The notes beneath the pieces were generated by a model. That model was not told the origin of the DNA and did not search any database. It saw nothing but the letters and a program-made list of their open reading frames with translations. DNA of 64,000 nucleotides, from positions 744,001-808,000 of the forward strand of contig CBFDEM010000012.1 in assembly GCA_965603825.1 (NCBI GenBank), in the 5' to 3' direction. The number at the start of each line of letters is the position of its first letter. The first letter of the stretch is position 1. This DNA is from Blepharisma stoltei ATCC 30299 (Eukaryota; Protista; Ciliophora). Position numbers and translations under genes: made by a program. Shown one piece after another: positions 1 to 11,504 of the stretch.

Positions 1-1018
1 CTACTTGTGGGATTTATGTCAACTCTGATTGGTGGCCTTAAAATAAAATCTTCCTTAAAAATTGAAAAAATTAAATTTCATAGCATTTTTTAAATTAGAA
101 AATCTTTGGAGGTTTCTATAAGTTTTATAGAATTTTGCACGATTAAAAATAAGTAGGAGTTATGATAAATTTAGAAAGGTCTAGTCGAATTTTAATAGTA
201 TTTTTATGGAAATTTTGTTGCGGTGAGCGTCTTAATATTCCAAATAATATACGCAAAGACTGAGTTTTTTTATTGAGGAATAATTTGGTATTCAATTTAA
301 ATGCATTTATAGGCTGTTTTTATTTCCAAAGTTCTTATAAAAACAGAAGCCCTTCTTAAAATAGTAAAATTTCTTCTCTATATTCGGATAAAGAATTTCA
401 TTTTCATTTTTGATTTTGATTTAAAAAATCTTTATAAATATAAATTATTATTAAATGGGCTAATCAATTTTATTCTTGCTTTGGCATAACAGCTAAAAAA
501 TCTTGGTCAGAGTCTCGGGGTCTATACAATTCATAATGATTTAAGCCAAATTATTGCACGGTCTTAGGTTGGGATGGCCAAGGCTCCTCTATAGTATTAT
601 AATTATGATAATAGCCAAAACTTTTTGCTGATTTCAAGACATTAGAGGATGATTACACCCTGATATAAAGCAGTATCATGGGCAACGAGCAGTTTGTGCT
701 GAAAGTGTTAATCTTGATTGGCCTTAATTACCCACTTTCACAAGAGATCTTGAAGATATAAATGTTTAATCTTATACGAATCCATCATATTTTTTATAAA
801 TATTAAAGAAAATTCTAATAAAAAAATTTTGAATCAATTAAATATATCTATACTAGTTATGTCCAAGAAAAGAAATAATTGATGGCATGATATAGATTTT
901 AAAATTAATTGTAATCCTTATCATTATTTCTAATAAATAAATCCTGAATTACACATTAAAATTATTTTTCTGCCTAATTAACTCATAATAATCTATTTAT
1001 TGACTGATAGATACAATT

Positions 1019-4000
1019 ATGGAAACTGTTGAAGGTCAAGCAGAAAACTTTTTTAAAGAAGGAAAATATGATCAAGCAATTGAAAAGTATAGCCAATTAA
1101 TAATAGCAAAACCTTCCTGGCTTGCTTTTAATAATCGAGCTTGCTGCTATATGTACCTAAATAAGTGGCAAGAATCTGAAAAAGATTTTACTGAGTCAAT
1201 AAAACTGCTGAAAATTTCTCAGCCTTTCGAAGAAGACCAATATTACAAATCTCTCTATAGAAGGGCACAGATTTATGAAAGACTTTCAAAAATTGATCAA
1301 GCAATTGATGATTTGCATAAAGTAATATCGTTTGGGAAAAAATGGAATTTAAGATCAGAAGCCCAAGATATGTTTTCTCGATTAAAAAGCAGTAGTAGCA
1401 GAGAATACGACGAAGCATTACTGGTGTCTGAAAGAGAAGAGTTTTTAAACATTTTTAGAGAAAACATGGCAATTCATCCAGGCTCAGAATGGCACGTAGT
1501 CAGCAATGCGTGGTTTCAAAATTGGCAAGCCTATGTGAACCTTACAGTCAGAGATGGCAACGAAGACTTGCCCTTTAATTTCAATATTGAAGGAAAAGTA
1601 GAACACCCTGGAACTATTAATAATAAAGACATCATAGACAGCGACGCAACGAATGCTACCATTTCAGAAAATCCAACCTCAACTAATAAAATCTGCTTAA
1701 AGCCAGAATTAATAGAAAATGTCAATTATGTTGTATTGCCTAGAGAAGCATTCAAATTTTTAGAAGGAATTTATCGGTGTGCCAATGATATTAAGCGATT
1801 CGCGATCGAAGTCAATGACTCGATTTATCAGGTAGAAATATTTTTAAAAAGAGTAAAAATTGGGTTTCCGAGCTTAATGACTCTGGATATTGGATTTATT
1901 AATATGAGCAGGAAAGAAACTATAGCAAACCTTAAGAAAAGCTATTTGAATTATAGAGGATCTTCAATAAATGCGAGGGTTTGGAAAGTAAATTTAGGCT
2001 CAATTTCATTAGAAAGGCTACAAGCAATTACTGTATTAAATAGCAAAGTTTATATAGAAGGAGGGATGATTGTTAAAGAAGACTTGCAGCTAGATGATGC
2101 AGAAATTGGGGATGAAGACATCATTTTGATAGAGCCAGCTAGAAATGGCATCTTTTTATTTTCAGATGACCCAGCCATAGCTGTCGATAAATGCGTTTTT
2201 TGCCAAAAATCAGGAAGCGCTAATATATCATGCAGTTTATGCAAAAAAGTAAAATATTGTACAGCCATCTGCAAACGAAAGCACGCCGAAGAGCACAAAG
2301 CCAACTGCAAGCAGCCAAAAAAGCTCAGCATTTTCAGATGCTTATGCCGACACTCAGAAAAGCTAGAAAATTACGACGAAGACGAAGTAGTAGTCTCTGC
2401 ACAAAGGCAGATAATAAGAAGCAAAAACACAGCTACTGGCCTACAGAATTTAGGAAACACTTGCTTTATGAACTCTGCTTTACAATGTTTATCCCACACC
2501 GAAGAATTAACTCGATATTTCTTAACCAATGAATACTCCAGAGAAATCAACAAATCCAACCCACTCGGGACTAAAGGAAAATTGGCCACTGCTTATGCCG
2601 AACTTTTAGAAAATTTGTGGAAAAGTGGTGCCTTATCATTTGCGCCTTGGAAATTTAAAAAGACTTTATCGTCATTTGCTCCTCAATTTGTAGGGTACCA
2701 TCAGCATGATGCTCATGAACTTTTGTGCTACCTTTTAGATGGGCTTCATGAAGACTTAAATAAAGTCAAGAAAAAACCGTATTTTGAAGATGTGGACGAT
2801 AAAGGAAAATCTGATGAAATGCTATCACAAGAAAGCTGGGATAGACATATTGCAAGAAACCAAAGCATTGTGGTAGACTTGATGCATGGCCAATACAAAT
2901 CGACACTATTCTGCCCTACTTGTAAAAATTATTCACATACTTTTGACCCTTTTAACTCGATATCTCTTCCTATCCCTCAGCCTCAAGAACGAAAATTGCT
3001 ATTTTACTACATAAAATCAAGCCCAAATGAGCCTCCTTTAAGAATGGGTTGTGACGTGTCAAATGATTCATCTTTATCATATGTCCGGCATTCAGTAGCT
3101 AAAGCCTTAAAAATCCCTCAAAATTCTTTTCTTTTTATATCTATAGTAAATGACGTGGTCAGAGAAATTTTGGATGATGACAGAAAAATCGATACATTAA
3201 AATCCATCACATTATTTGCGTTCCAAGAAGAAGACTGCACCATAAAACTCCCTGTAGAAATGCAGATTACAAAAGAGAGGCATAAAAACAAATTTATTGC
3301 TTTCCCCAGAATAGTTTTTATCCATAAGTCAAATTCTTTTAAAAATCTTCATTTGGAAGCTTTTAAAAAAGTCAAAATTTATATAGAAAAATACAAAGAA
3401 ATTGCCCCAAAAAATACTCAGGCTTCTTATGAGAAATTTATACAGAGTCCTGCGTATAGATTATATTTTAGTGTTAAAAAAGATTCTAACTGCCCATTGT
3501 GCAAAGAATCCTCATGCCCTGGCTGCCAAGTGCCTTATTCTACAGATCTAATCGAATCTCTGCATATTAAGGGGCGGATTATTATTGAACTAAGATGGAA
3601 AGAAGATTGCAATGATTTAGGTGTAAATTTACAAGATATAAATAGATGCTCAGAACATCCATCAGCTAGTGAAGAAAGAGTTACAGCAAGGCCTCCAATC
3701 AGCATAAATGAGTGCTTTCACATGTTCAGGATCCCAGAAGAGCTTGAAAAAGAAAACTCATGGTTCTGTCCAACATGCCGCACACATGTTCAAGCTACAA
3801 AACAAATGGAGATCTACAAGGTTCCACCAATTCTGATTATCCACTTGAAGCGCTTCAAAACTCATGGATATTATAGAGAAAAACTCTCAACAGTTGTCAC
3901 TTTTCCAGACCAAGGACTTGATATTAGTGGCTTTGTAATTGGACCTGAAAAGCCGCCTTTATATGATTTGTATGCAGTTTCCAATCATTTTGGAAATTTA

Positions 4001-4138
4001 GGTGGAGGGCATTATACAGCGACGTGCTTTGACGTTGAGCAAAACAAGTGGCTTGAGTTTAATGACTCTAAAGTGACAGAAGCGACAGATATTGGAACTG
4101 CGTCATCTTATTTGTTGTTTTATAAAGCTAGACCGTAA
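1019..4138 (+). CDS. Ubiquitin-specific protease (USP4/11/15-like) with N-terminal TPRs, DUSP and MYND-type zinc finger
   Basis: TPR repeats at N-terminus; DUSP-like WFQNWQAY..HPGTINN; CVFC..CSLC..YC..CKRKH..H..C MYND; Cys box GLQNLGNTCFMNSALQCL; QHDAHE; His box HFGNLGGGHYTA. Confidence 0.92.
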   Translation: METVEGQAENFFKEGKYDQAIEKYSQLIIAKPSWLAFNNRACCYMYLNKWQESEKDFTESIKLLKISQPFEEDQYYKSLYRRAQIYERLSKIDQAIDDLHKVISFGKKWNLRSEAQDMFSRLKSSSSREYDEALLVSEREEFLNIFRENMAIHPGSEWHVVSNAWFQNWQAYVNLTVRDGNEDLPFNFNIEGKVEHPGTINNKDIIDSDATNATISENPTSTNKICLKPELIENVNYVVLPREAFKFLEGIYRCANDIKRFAIEVNDSIYQVEIFLKRVKIGFPSLMTLDIGFINMSRKETIANLKKSYLNYRGSSINARVWKVNLGSISLERLQAITVLNSKVYIEGGMIVKEDLQLDDAEIGDEDIILIEPARNGIFLFSDDPAIAVDKCVFCQKSGSANISCSLCKKVKYCTAICKRKHAEEHKANCKQPKKLSIFRCLCRHSEKLENYDEDEVVVSAQRQIIRSKNTATGLQNLGNTCFMNSALQCLSHTEELTRYFLTNEYSREINKSNPLGTKGKLATAYAELLENLWKSGALSFAPWKFKKTLSSFAPQFVGYHQHDAHELLCYLLDGLHEDLNKVKKKPYFEDVDDKGKSDEMLSQESWDRHIARNQSIVVDLMHGQYKSTLFCPTCKNYSHTFDPFNSISLPIPQPQERKLLFYYIKSSPNEPPLRMGCDVSNDSSLSYVRHSVAKALKIPQNSFLFISIVNDVVREILDDDRKIDTLKSITLFAFQEEDCTIKLPVEMQITKERHKNKFIAFPRIVFIHKSNSFKNLHLEAFKKVKIYIEKYKEIAPKNTQASYEKFIQSPAYRLYFSVKKDSNCPLCKESSCPGCQVPYSTDLIESLHIKGRIIIELRWKEDCNDLGVNLQDINRCSEHPSASEERVTARPPISINECFHMFRIPEELEKENSWFCPTCRTHVQATKQMEIYKVPPILIIHLKRFKTHGYYREKLSTVVTFPDQGLDISGFVIGPEKPPLYDLYAVSNHFGNLGGGHYTATCFDVEQNKWLEFNDSKVTEATDIGTASSYLLFYKARP

Positions 4139-4183
4139 TATAATAATTTTTTAAAATTTGGAGTGAATTGGTTAACTTTAGTC

Positions 4184-4375
4184 TTATTTGGATTGAGCAT
4201 TTGGTCCCTTCTTCTTGCCTGGGCCTGAGACTATGTTAAGGAATCTTCTGTTATAGAGGTTTCTCTTCTTAGCTCTTCCTTGAAGGATTTTTTTACGTCT
4301 TTCTTGCTTAGCAACTTTTGGAGTTTGATTTCTTACCTTTCCGGAACGAGCCAAACCACCATGCACCTTTCCCAT
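4184..4375 (-). CDS. RPS30: 40S ribosomal protein eS30 (no ubiquitin-like fusion)
   Basis: [33 protein letters not shown]. Confidence 0.97.
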   Translation of the reverse strand: MGKVHGGLARSGKVRNQTPKVAKQERRKKILQGRAKKRNLYNRRFLNIVSGPGKKKGPNAQSK

Positions 4376-5423
4376 ATTTTGTGTTAAGAAATGCTTAATT
4401 AATGGATTTATAAAAAGGATTGATAGATCAAGCTGAGTTCTTTTTAGATAATAAATGATATGAAATTGAATTTTTGTTTAAGAAGAAAAAATTAATCATT
4501 GCTGGGCAATTAAATTAAATTCAATTATTCAGGGCAGAAATATCTTTAAATTTTTCATGTTTTAATCTTTTTCTAGTTAATTTTTCTTTAATATTAATTA
4601 ATATAATTGTGGCAGTAATAGCAAAAATCTTACCTAAATATTTTATCAAATAATTCTTTTTCTTTTAATAAACTTTTTATAATTAGAAAATATAAAATAT
4701 CTCCTTTAATTGATCCCTTTTACCTAACAATTTCAATCTCAGAATTAAAGATTATTCTGAAAATAAAGGTATAAATATAGTTTAATTTGAAATCATTTTA
4801 AACTCAAATGGAAAATGGGTTTTAGCTTGGCTCACCCCAATCTTATTGACAAAGATCTTTTATATATAATTTTGTGAATTATTTAAATATTATTCAAGTA
4901 ATTTTCTTACTTGTTTAGATAATGCATGCTACATCAAATAAGGTGAATTTAAAAAAAATACGAGAGCAGGTAATAAATAAATATTTTTAAAAAATTTGAG
5001 AAAATACTCTTGTAAAGAAGAAAGCTTCTTGGCTTATGATTATAATTTTCTTAAACTTGTATTCACTTTTTTACCTAAATACAGGAATTTAAAACGTGTT
5101 GCCATTATAAAATTTTGGCCTAATAAATATGCATAATGTCATTACTAAACATGCATCAAACAATCTTTTTTATGCATAAGAAATGTCAATTTCTATCAAA
5201 AACCTAAAATTAAGCCAAAAAACAATAGAGCCTATGGAATTCAAGATCGTTTAAAGCAATCTTTTCCTCAAATAGAAAAAAATTTTATTATATCAAAAGA
5301 CAATATAAAATGCAAAGGTAATTAATATGTATATTTTTTGATTAGTGTACTATCTAGTTATACTTTTTTAAACTATTTAATCATTCTTTCTTAGATTTTC
5401 AGCATTAATATAATTAAAAAATA

Positions 5424-6065
5424 TTATGCTCATTTTGCCTTATATAATTTAAAAACCATAATTTGACTTTCTCTCTCCATTGCCAGCAAATTTTGTACAG
5501 CTGGATGGTCTATACCAAGGATTGCAATTGCTTGCTCCTTTGTGACAAATCTCCCTTTAATTCTAAGACGATTGTCAGCAACTCTTTTTCTGCAGTCGTA
5601 TGAAATTTTTTTGTTCCACGTTCTTCGTTGTCTTTTTTCTAGGTACTTTTTGATCTTTTTTCGCCTTTCTTCAAGAGTAATTGTACCGATAATGTGGTCT
5701 GGCGTTAATTCGACAGGCTTGTGTATGACTACAACGGTCTCTTTCGTAACGACTTGTTTTTTTTTCTTCAGTTTTTGCATTTGAGTCTCATAAATATCAT
5801 AAATTAAAGGGTTTAAAGTGATTTCCCCATCATCTTGGGTGCTGAAAGATTGTGTAAGGGCTTGCTCATCAAAGTGCTCAGGCATAGATTCTATGCTGGG
5901 CAAAGAGTTTACATCTGTGTAATACGAATATGAATGGCTTAGTAAGTCGACAAATGACAACTTACGTTCTCTAGGGTGCATTAATTCACTTTGCATTGAC
6001 TCAAGCATGAGTTCAAGTGGGACTGTACATTCAGGTCCTAGGAAATCGTCAACGCATTCAACCAT
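5424..6065 (-). CDS. CCT-motif protein
   Basis: ERRKKIKKYLEKRQRRTWNKKISYDCRKRVADNRLRIKGRFV matches the CCT motif; TGA 5432-5430 read as Trp, TAA at 5426-5424. Confidence 0.85.
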
Positions 6066-6454
6066 TTTAGAAAAATTTAATTATTGGTTAGTAAAATTAT
6101 CCGAGAAAAATGGGCTTAAACTTTTCATATATTTTTCTTAATATTTTTTGTCAATTAAATTCAAAAAATATAATTTTTGGCATTGAGGAAATCTTATTTA
6201 AGATTTCAATTGCATTTTTATATCTTGAATTTAAAATTTTTCTGAAAAAGCTTACTAAATCAGGACTAAAATTGAGATTCTGTCAGCCTCAGATATCTCA
6301 AAATATAATCTCGATAGCTTTTATAAAGCCTTTTTTGCTAAAGAAGGCTTCTTTCATTTTCCATAAATAAATTTATTATGCAATATTACATGGAAAACCC
6401 ACTTTATTTGTAAAGCCATAATAAAAGTAAAATAATCGTTATAAATTCACTAAT

Positions 6455-7624
6455 TTATTTATTTGACTTTGGAAACGACAGATCAGGTAAATTTCCTTTG
6501 ATATTTATAAATTTGCCATCCCCGCCGCTGATTTTATTAATTGTTGTTTCTATCGCAGCCTCTGCATTATCTCCACCATGAAGGACAAATCTGCTTCTTT
6601 TGCCATACTTTAAAAACACCAAATTCCCAGCCCCAACGCCTTCAAATTTGTCAGCAAAAGCTTTGTCAGCACTAAGATCAAGCCACATAAACTTAACAGA
6701 AACTCCTCTGTCTTTGTTTTTCCCAATAATATTGACGACTTCTTTTGCAGTATTGATAAGGGAGTCATTAGGAGGGGAGTTTAAGAAAAATATCCCACAG
6801 AGAACTTCTTGTTTATAGCAAATATCATCAGCTGAAAGTCTATGTAACTGAGGTAAAGCTTCAACGATCCAGGACTTCGTGCTTGAGCTTTCTTCAGTCC
6901 CTCCATGTACAAAGGTTTCTGAATGTACATTTAGCCACTCAAATATTGATCTATATTTAATTTCTCCTTTATACTCAGTCGTTTTCGCATCTACAGTCTT
7001 ATAAAGCAAAATTTTTGGGAATTGCTTGATTTTGAACTTTTTAATCGCTTCTGTGTCCTCTTGCCTCACAATCCCAAAAAACATTTTCGATTCAAATGCT
7101 ACACTCAGTGCTTTATATAAAGTTGGAACTGACGATTTTTCAGTAAAAAGCAAAACTTTAGGGACAGCTGGCTTATCCTCTAGGAAAGTTTGATAGTTTT
7201 CATTGCTAAGTTCAATTACATAAGATGGGATAAATTTGGCAGCATAAGCACTTATAGCTTTTGACGTGACTTCCCCTTCATAAACCCCGACTGGCGCTGG
7301 AAAAGGTGGATAAACTTTAATTGCAGGGACTTCTCTGATGTCTTGTGCTTCACAAAGCTCATAATGTGTGTCACAATTAACAACCCCTACTATAAAAACA
7401 CCTTGCCACTCATCAGCAAAGTGATTGAATTCTTCAGCCTGAATTTTAGATCTGCTATCTTTTTCTTTATAAAAATGAATGACACTGACCCATTTGTCTC
7501 GTCTCCTAGTTACTTGCTTATCAAAATTTTGTGATGTCAAAATATGGACACTTGTAGAGGAATAGTCATAAAGAACAGCTTGGGACAAGCAAATCAAGCT
7601 TAAAAACACGTGTAAGTATGCCAT
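6455..7624 (-). CDS. Secretory-pathway multi-thioredoxin-fold (PDI-like) protein lacking the CXXC active site
   Basis: Signal peptide; VHILTSQNFDKQV, VGVVNCD..ELC..IREVPAIKVY thioredoxin-fold signatures; no WCXXC. Confidence 0.75.
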   Translation of the reverse strand: MAYLHVFLSLICLSQAVLYDYSSTSVHILTSQNFDKQVTRRRDKWVSVIHFYKEKDSRSKIQAEEFNHFADEWQGVFIVGVVNCDTHYELCEAQDIREVPAIKVYPPFPAPVGVYEGEVTSKAISAYAAKFIPSYVIELSNENYQTFLEDKPAVPKVLLFTEKSSVPTLYKALSVAFESKMFFGIVRQEDTEAIKKFKIKQFPKILLYKTVDAKTTEYKGEIKYRSIFEWLNVHSETFVHGGTEESSSTKSWIVEALPQLHRLSADDICYKQEVLCGIFFLNSPPNDSLINTAKEVVNIIGKNKDRGVSVKFMWLDLSADKAFADKFEGVGAGNLVFLKYGKRSRFVLHGGDNAEAAIETTINKISGGDGKFINIKGNLPDLSFPKSNK

Positions 7625-7657
7625 ATTTGTATAGTTTTAATATAGGGAATAATTATA

Positions 7658-7990
7658 ATGGGCTGCTGTCAAGGAATTAATTTTGAAAAATCTGAGTTTG
7701 CAATACCGAGCTATGAGGCTGCTATGATAATGAGAGAAAAAAGAAAGTCACTTGATGAAGAATTTGAAGATATAAGTCTTATTTCTAGAAGAGTGACTCA
7801 AGGAGATGTCGAATATTTCGATGAAAAAACAGAGTGCAATTCAAAATTTATAATGGATTCGTTTATGACCAATACCTTTACGATGAGAAATGACTTTGAG
7901 TCAGCTTTTCTTGTGTCTGACTCAGTGTTTCTCAGCAGTAGAGATCTTATTAGTTTTATTAAACAAGACATAGGTAAATTATCTGCTTAG
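7658..7990 (+). CDS. Small hypothetical protein with MGCC N-terminus (predicted myristoylation/palmitoylation)
   Basis: ATG ORF of 110 aa ending in TAG; MGCCQG dual acylation motif. Confidence 0.65.
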   Translation: MGCCQGINFEKSEFAIPSYEAAMIMREKRKSLDEEFEDISLISRRVTQGDVEYFDEKTECNSKFIMDSFMTNTFTMRNDFESAFLVSDSVFLSSRDLISFIKQDIGKLSA

Positions 7991-8202
7991 CTTGAAGCTA
8001 AGGTAGTGGATTTATTAATTTAAGGAAATTTCGTCAATAATTTGAATTGGTGATTTCTAAGATAGTGGCTAAAATTAATCATAGATATTTTGAGAAAATA
8101 AGATGGATATTTTGCAGTCTTTATCACAAATTTATATTAAAAATAACACTTATTTCAATTACTATTAAAATGATTTTTCTATAAGAAAACCCTTATTTTT
8201 AA

Positions 8203-9054
8203 TTAATTTTCTTTCTTTTTATCTCCTTTACCTGATGAAATAATAGCTCCTCCTGCCAGTATTCCAATAATCCCTATAATAACCAGCCCAGGCCCACTCA
8301 TAATCACTGACAGCAAAGAATCCGACTCTTCAATTGTGTGGATTTCCTGCTCATAGCTTTCAAAATCAGTGTCGTCCAGGACTTCTTTTCTTTCCTCTTT
8401 ATTCACCTTTTCTCTCGCTTGCTGCTGTGCTGCAATTCTTTCCTTTTGAATTCGTGCCAGGGCTTGGTTTTGTTCAAACTGATGTGTATCCTCTAATCCC
8501 CCTTTAACCAAAACAATAGCATTTATTTTTGGGTTGTCTTTTGGCCCTTTTTCAAAAGTGATGGTCATTTTCCCATTAGAAATTCCGCCTTGTACAACTT
8601 TTTCTTTAATTTTTAATTTTCCTGCTTCATAGGTAAATTCAATAAATTCATCATAAGCAGCAGCCTTCCCTACCTTGGAGAAAATGTCTAATTGTTTGAC
8701 TATATAAGTATCCCCAATTCTTACGTGGAAGATTTTAGCGTCTGGGTATGAGAAATATACTTCAGAAAAGCGTAAAATAAGCACGTAATTTCCTTCCTCT
8801 TTTATTGGGACTGTGTATGTGAAATCTTGCTCATCATAACGCTCAGTTTGATAGATTTCTGTATCTCTTGTGAGGCGAATCGGAAATTGTTTGCCGTAAT
8901 CGCTAGCTGTGCCTGAGGAAAAACCGTTGTCTTGGATGTAGGTGACACCGTCTGGCGCAACAATAGAGTCGCCGCCACAGTTGACGGCGTATTTTACAAG
9001 TTTGGGGTCTAGAGAAAGCACGAGAGAAAATAAAAGGGGAAAGAGAAGAGCCAT
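8203..9054 (-). CDS. MLEC: Malectin
   Basis: Signal peptide; YAVNCGG, IYQTERY, LRFSEVYF, LDIFSKVGKAAAYDE, DNPKINAI; C-terminal TM. Confidence 0.93.
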   Translation of the reverse strand: MALLFPLLFSLVLSLDPKLVKYAVNCGGDSIVAPDGVTYIQDNGFSSGTASDYGKQFPIRLTRDTEIYQTERYDEQDFTYTVPIKEEGNYVLILRFSEVYFSYPDAKIFHVRIGDTYIVKQLDIFSKVGKAAAYDEFIEFTYEAGKLKIKEKVVQGGISNGKMTITFEKGPKDNPKINAIVLVKGGLEDTHQFEQNQALARIQKERIAAQQQAREKVNKEERKEVLDDTDFESYEQEIHTIEESDSLLSVIMSGPGLVIIGIIGILAGGAIISSGKGDKKKEN

Positions 9055-9273
9055 TTTATAAGAATAAAATTAAGGAAATGCAATGCATTTCAAAAGTCTG
9101 GGCAAGCATTATATGGGTTATAAATTAGCATTATCATCAACAAATATAGAAATATATTTATTTTTAGGTTTTTATATATAATTTAGAGTAATTAGACTTA
9201 TACAGTAAATAAATTCCTATAAATAATCGATTATATGATATTATCACTAATTATTATCTATAACAGTTATAAA

Positions 9274-9843
9274 ATGGAAGACAAACCTGCAAACAAAGCA
9301 ATTAACTTTCTCGAAAAAAACGGCTTAGTCCAAGCTTATGAGTGTAATCACTAACCAGATCTTCTGACAAGTCTCTGTGAGCATGGCCTGCCTACTGGTG
9401 ACCTTTATGAATTTGCAGCACTTATGATGCTGAAATTTGAAAAGAAATGGAAAGCAAAGCAGCGACAGTTAGCTCTTAAAGCCAAGCAAGAAGCCACCCC
9501 AGAGAAAAAAGTAAAAGGTGAAGAGCCTAGAGAAGAAGAAAAAAAGAAACCTCCAGAGCCTAATAAGAAAAAAGGAATCGAGGATGAGAAAAAAGGAAAA
9601 ATTGTCCAAGAAGAGGATAAAAAAGCAAAAAATCGATCGCCTGAAAGAGTCCCAGAAGAAGGGAAAAAAGGTAAAAACGCTCCTGTTGTAGAGGAAGAGA
9701 GAAAAGGAAAAAATAAAGAAGAAATTAAGCGTGTACAGCCAGATGAGCCGAAAAAAGGGACATCGAGAAAAACAGATGAGACTTCGAGATCTCCTGAGCC
9801 TCAGAGAAAAATGCCACAGGAGTCAGTGAGAAGTAAAAAATAA
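9274..9843 (+). CDS. Hypothetical protein: RIIa/Dpy-30-like helical N-terminus plus K/E-rich tail; one 15-nt intron
   Basis: ATG 9274; removing 9344-9358 gives MEDKPANKAINFLEKNGLVQAYEYLLTSLCEHGLPTGDLYEFAA in frame with the 9424 ORF. Confidence 0.75.
9344..9358 (+). other. 15-nt spliceosomal intron
   Basis: GTAATCACTAACCAG, contains in-frame TAA. Confidence 0.85.
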
Positions 9844-10775
9844 AAGCATCAAATAATTATCATAAAATAATTTATAGGTTAGAAATATAATTCATAGTAA
9901 AATAAAGAGTTTAAAAAGCATCAGGGATACAAAAATTGACATATAATTGTTCATTTTTATTATAATTAACTGAGTTAAGAATTTCAAATTAAGCTCAACC
10001 GCTGCAATATCTTGCAATTAAAATAAGCAATTAAATGCATAGTTTAGATTGAAAATCATAATTAAAACACATCAAGGTGGTAAAATGTAGTATTATTGCA
10101 AACTATATATTAAAAAATATATTTTCATGTATTAAGGTAACTCCTATTTATTTCATATTTTACAAAAAAGTTAATAAGTTCTAAATAAGTTAGAAATAAT
10201 GTAGAATATGCGCTATAAATAGTTAAACTAAAAATAGTTGATCTTTACTTTGAATTTATAGAAAGCACGCCTATAAAAACAAACTTATATTTACTTTATA
10301 AAAATGCTCAAAATTTTGTCCGCAGCGATGATTCGATTACCACATTAACGCCAACGTTTGATTAAGGGTAATTTTGAGCTTTTCATCAGTAATTATTGAT
10401 AATTTCTCTATAAAAACTATATCTTAAAACATATTTTATTAGAAGAGAAATTGAAACGCTTTTGAGATCTCTCTGCCTATATACAGCTCAAGACAGTTTT
10501 ATTGCAGATTAAGAGCATTCAAGATATTCTCTACAATATTTAATATCAGTTCTCTTAGTCTTCTCTCTTCCAAAAGTCCATCACCCGTTACAACTTTTAT
10601 GAGTTTCATTTTTTCAATAAATATTTTTTCGTTATAAGTCAGCTCTATCTTCTGATCCTTCAATATCTAATCACTTATCTATCTGCCTCAAATAATAAAA
10701 ATCCTGTAACTTCATATTGCAATGCATAAAACATATAAAACGCATCGCAAAATGAATCTTATAATATTTAAAATC

Positions 10776-11276
10776 ATGGATAAGTTTTCAAGAGCGTGCC
10801 TAGAATCGATGACTCTTTATTGTTGCTACCACCTAAACTGTGGTAATACATATACAACAAAATTCAACCTCAAGCATCATATAGAAACAATACATCTTAA
10901 AGTCAAAAAATTCGAATGTGTTGTGTGCAAAAAAAATTTGTCAAGTAAACAGAATTTAAGGGAGCACATGCATATACATAATGGAGTTAAACCTTTTGTC
11001 TGTGAAAACTGTGGTAAATCATATAGACAAGCTAGTCAACTGACACTCCATAAAAGAATCCACATAAAAGAGGGAAATATTGAAATTGTACAAAATAATG
11101 GAATTACTAAAATACATATACCTGATTTGATTTACAGTAACCCAGAAAAGCTAAACTGAGAAAAATTCGAAATCGAGCAGCCCCAACTTCCACTACTTAA
11201 AATGGGGAACAGCCAGGGGACAATAACCCTGCCTTCGTTTACAAACCTGTTCAAATCTAATATAAAGCAGTCATAA
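10776..11276 (+). CDS. C2H2 zinc-finger protein (3 fingers)
   Basis: Three CxxC..HxxxH fingers with HNGVKPF linker; TGA 11157-11159 as Trp, TAA 11274-11276; start uncertain (10722/10776/10809). Confidence 0.85.
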
Positions 11277-11504
11277 TATCTAATTTTAATGCTTTATTCA
11301 AAAATCTTTCTGCTTCATTCTTATATAATTCTTTTGGTATCTCTCAAATATTAAGGGCTTTCCCTCCAAAACTGAGCCAAAATATTTGCTTTGGCTTAAA
11401 AATAACTGCCTCATAATTTTTGTCTAATATTTTTATTCAAGCATGCTTAATCTGAGAAGAGTAATTATTTAAGAAAAACTGCGTTACAAATTTCAAAAGA
11501 CAGG

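Noticed and set aside
2249-2264. GTAAAATATTGTACAG as a 16-nt intron in the USP gene
   Set aside because: Removal would frameshift the gene and delete a MYND cysteine; the ORF is intact without splicing
6110-6370. Short intergenic ORFs (also 18561-18746, 45465-45689, 62219-62560)
   Set aside because: Composition dominated by F/I/L/K/N/S residues typical of non-coding AT-rich DNA
6455-9054. PDI-like and malectin genes as an ER quality-control cluster
   Set aside because: Two genes in a dense genome is compatible with chance; no shared motif seen
10306-10379. 10-bp inverted repeat (gctcaaaatt/aattttgagc) as a snoRNA or MITE
   Set aside because: No proper C/D boxes or target-site duplication; plausible by chance in AT-rich DNA
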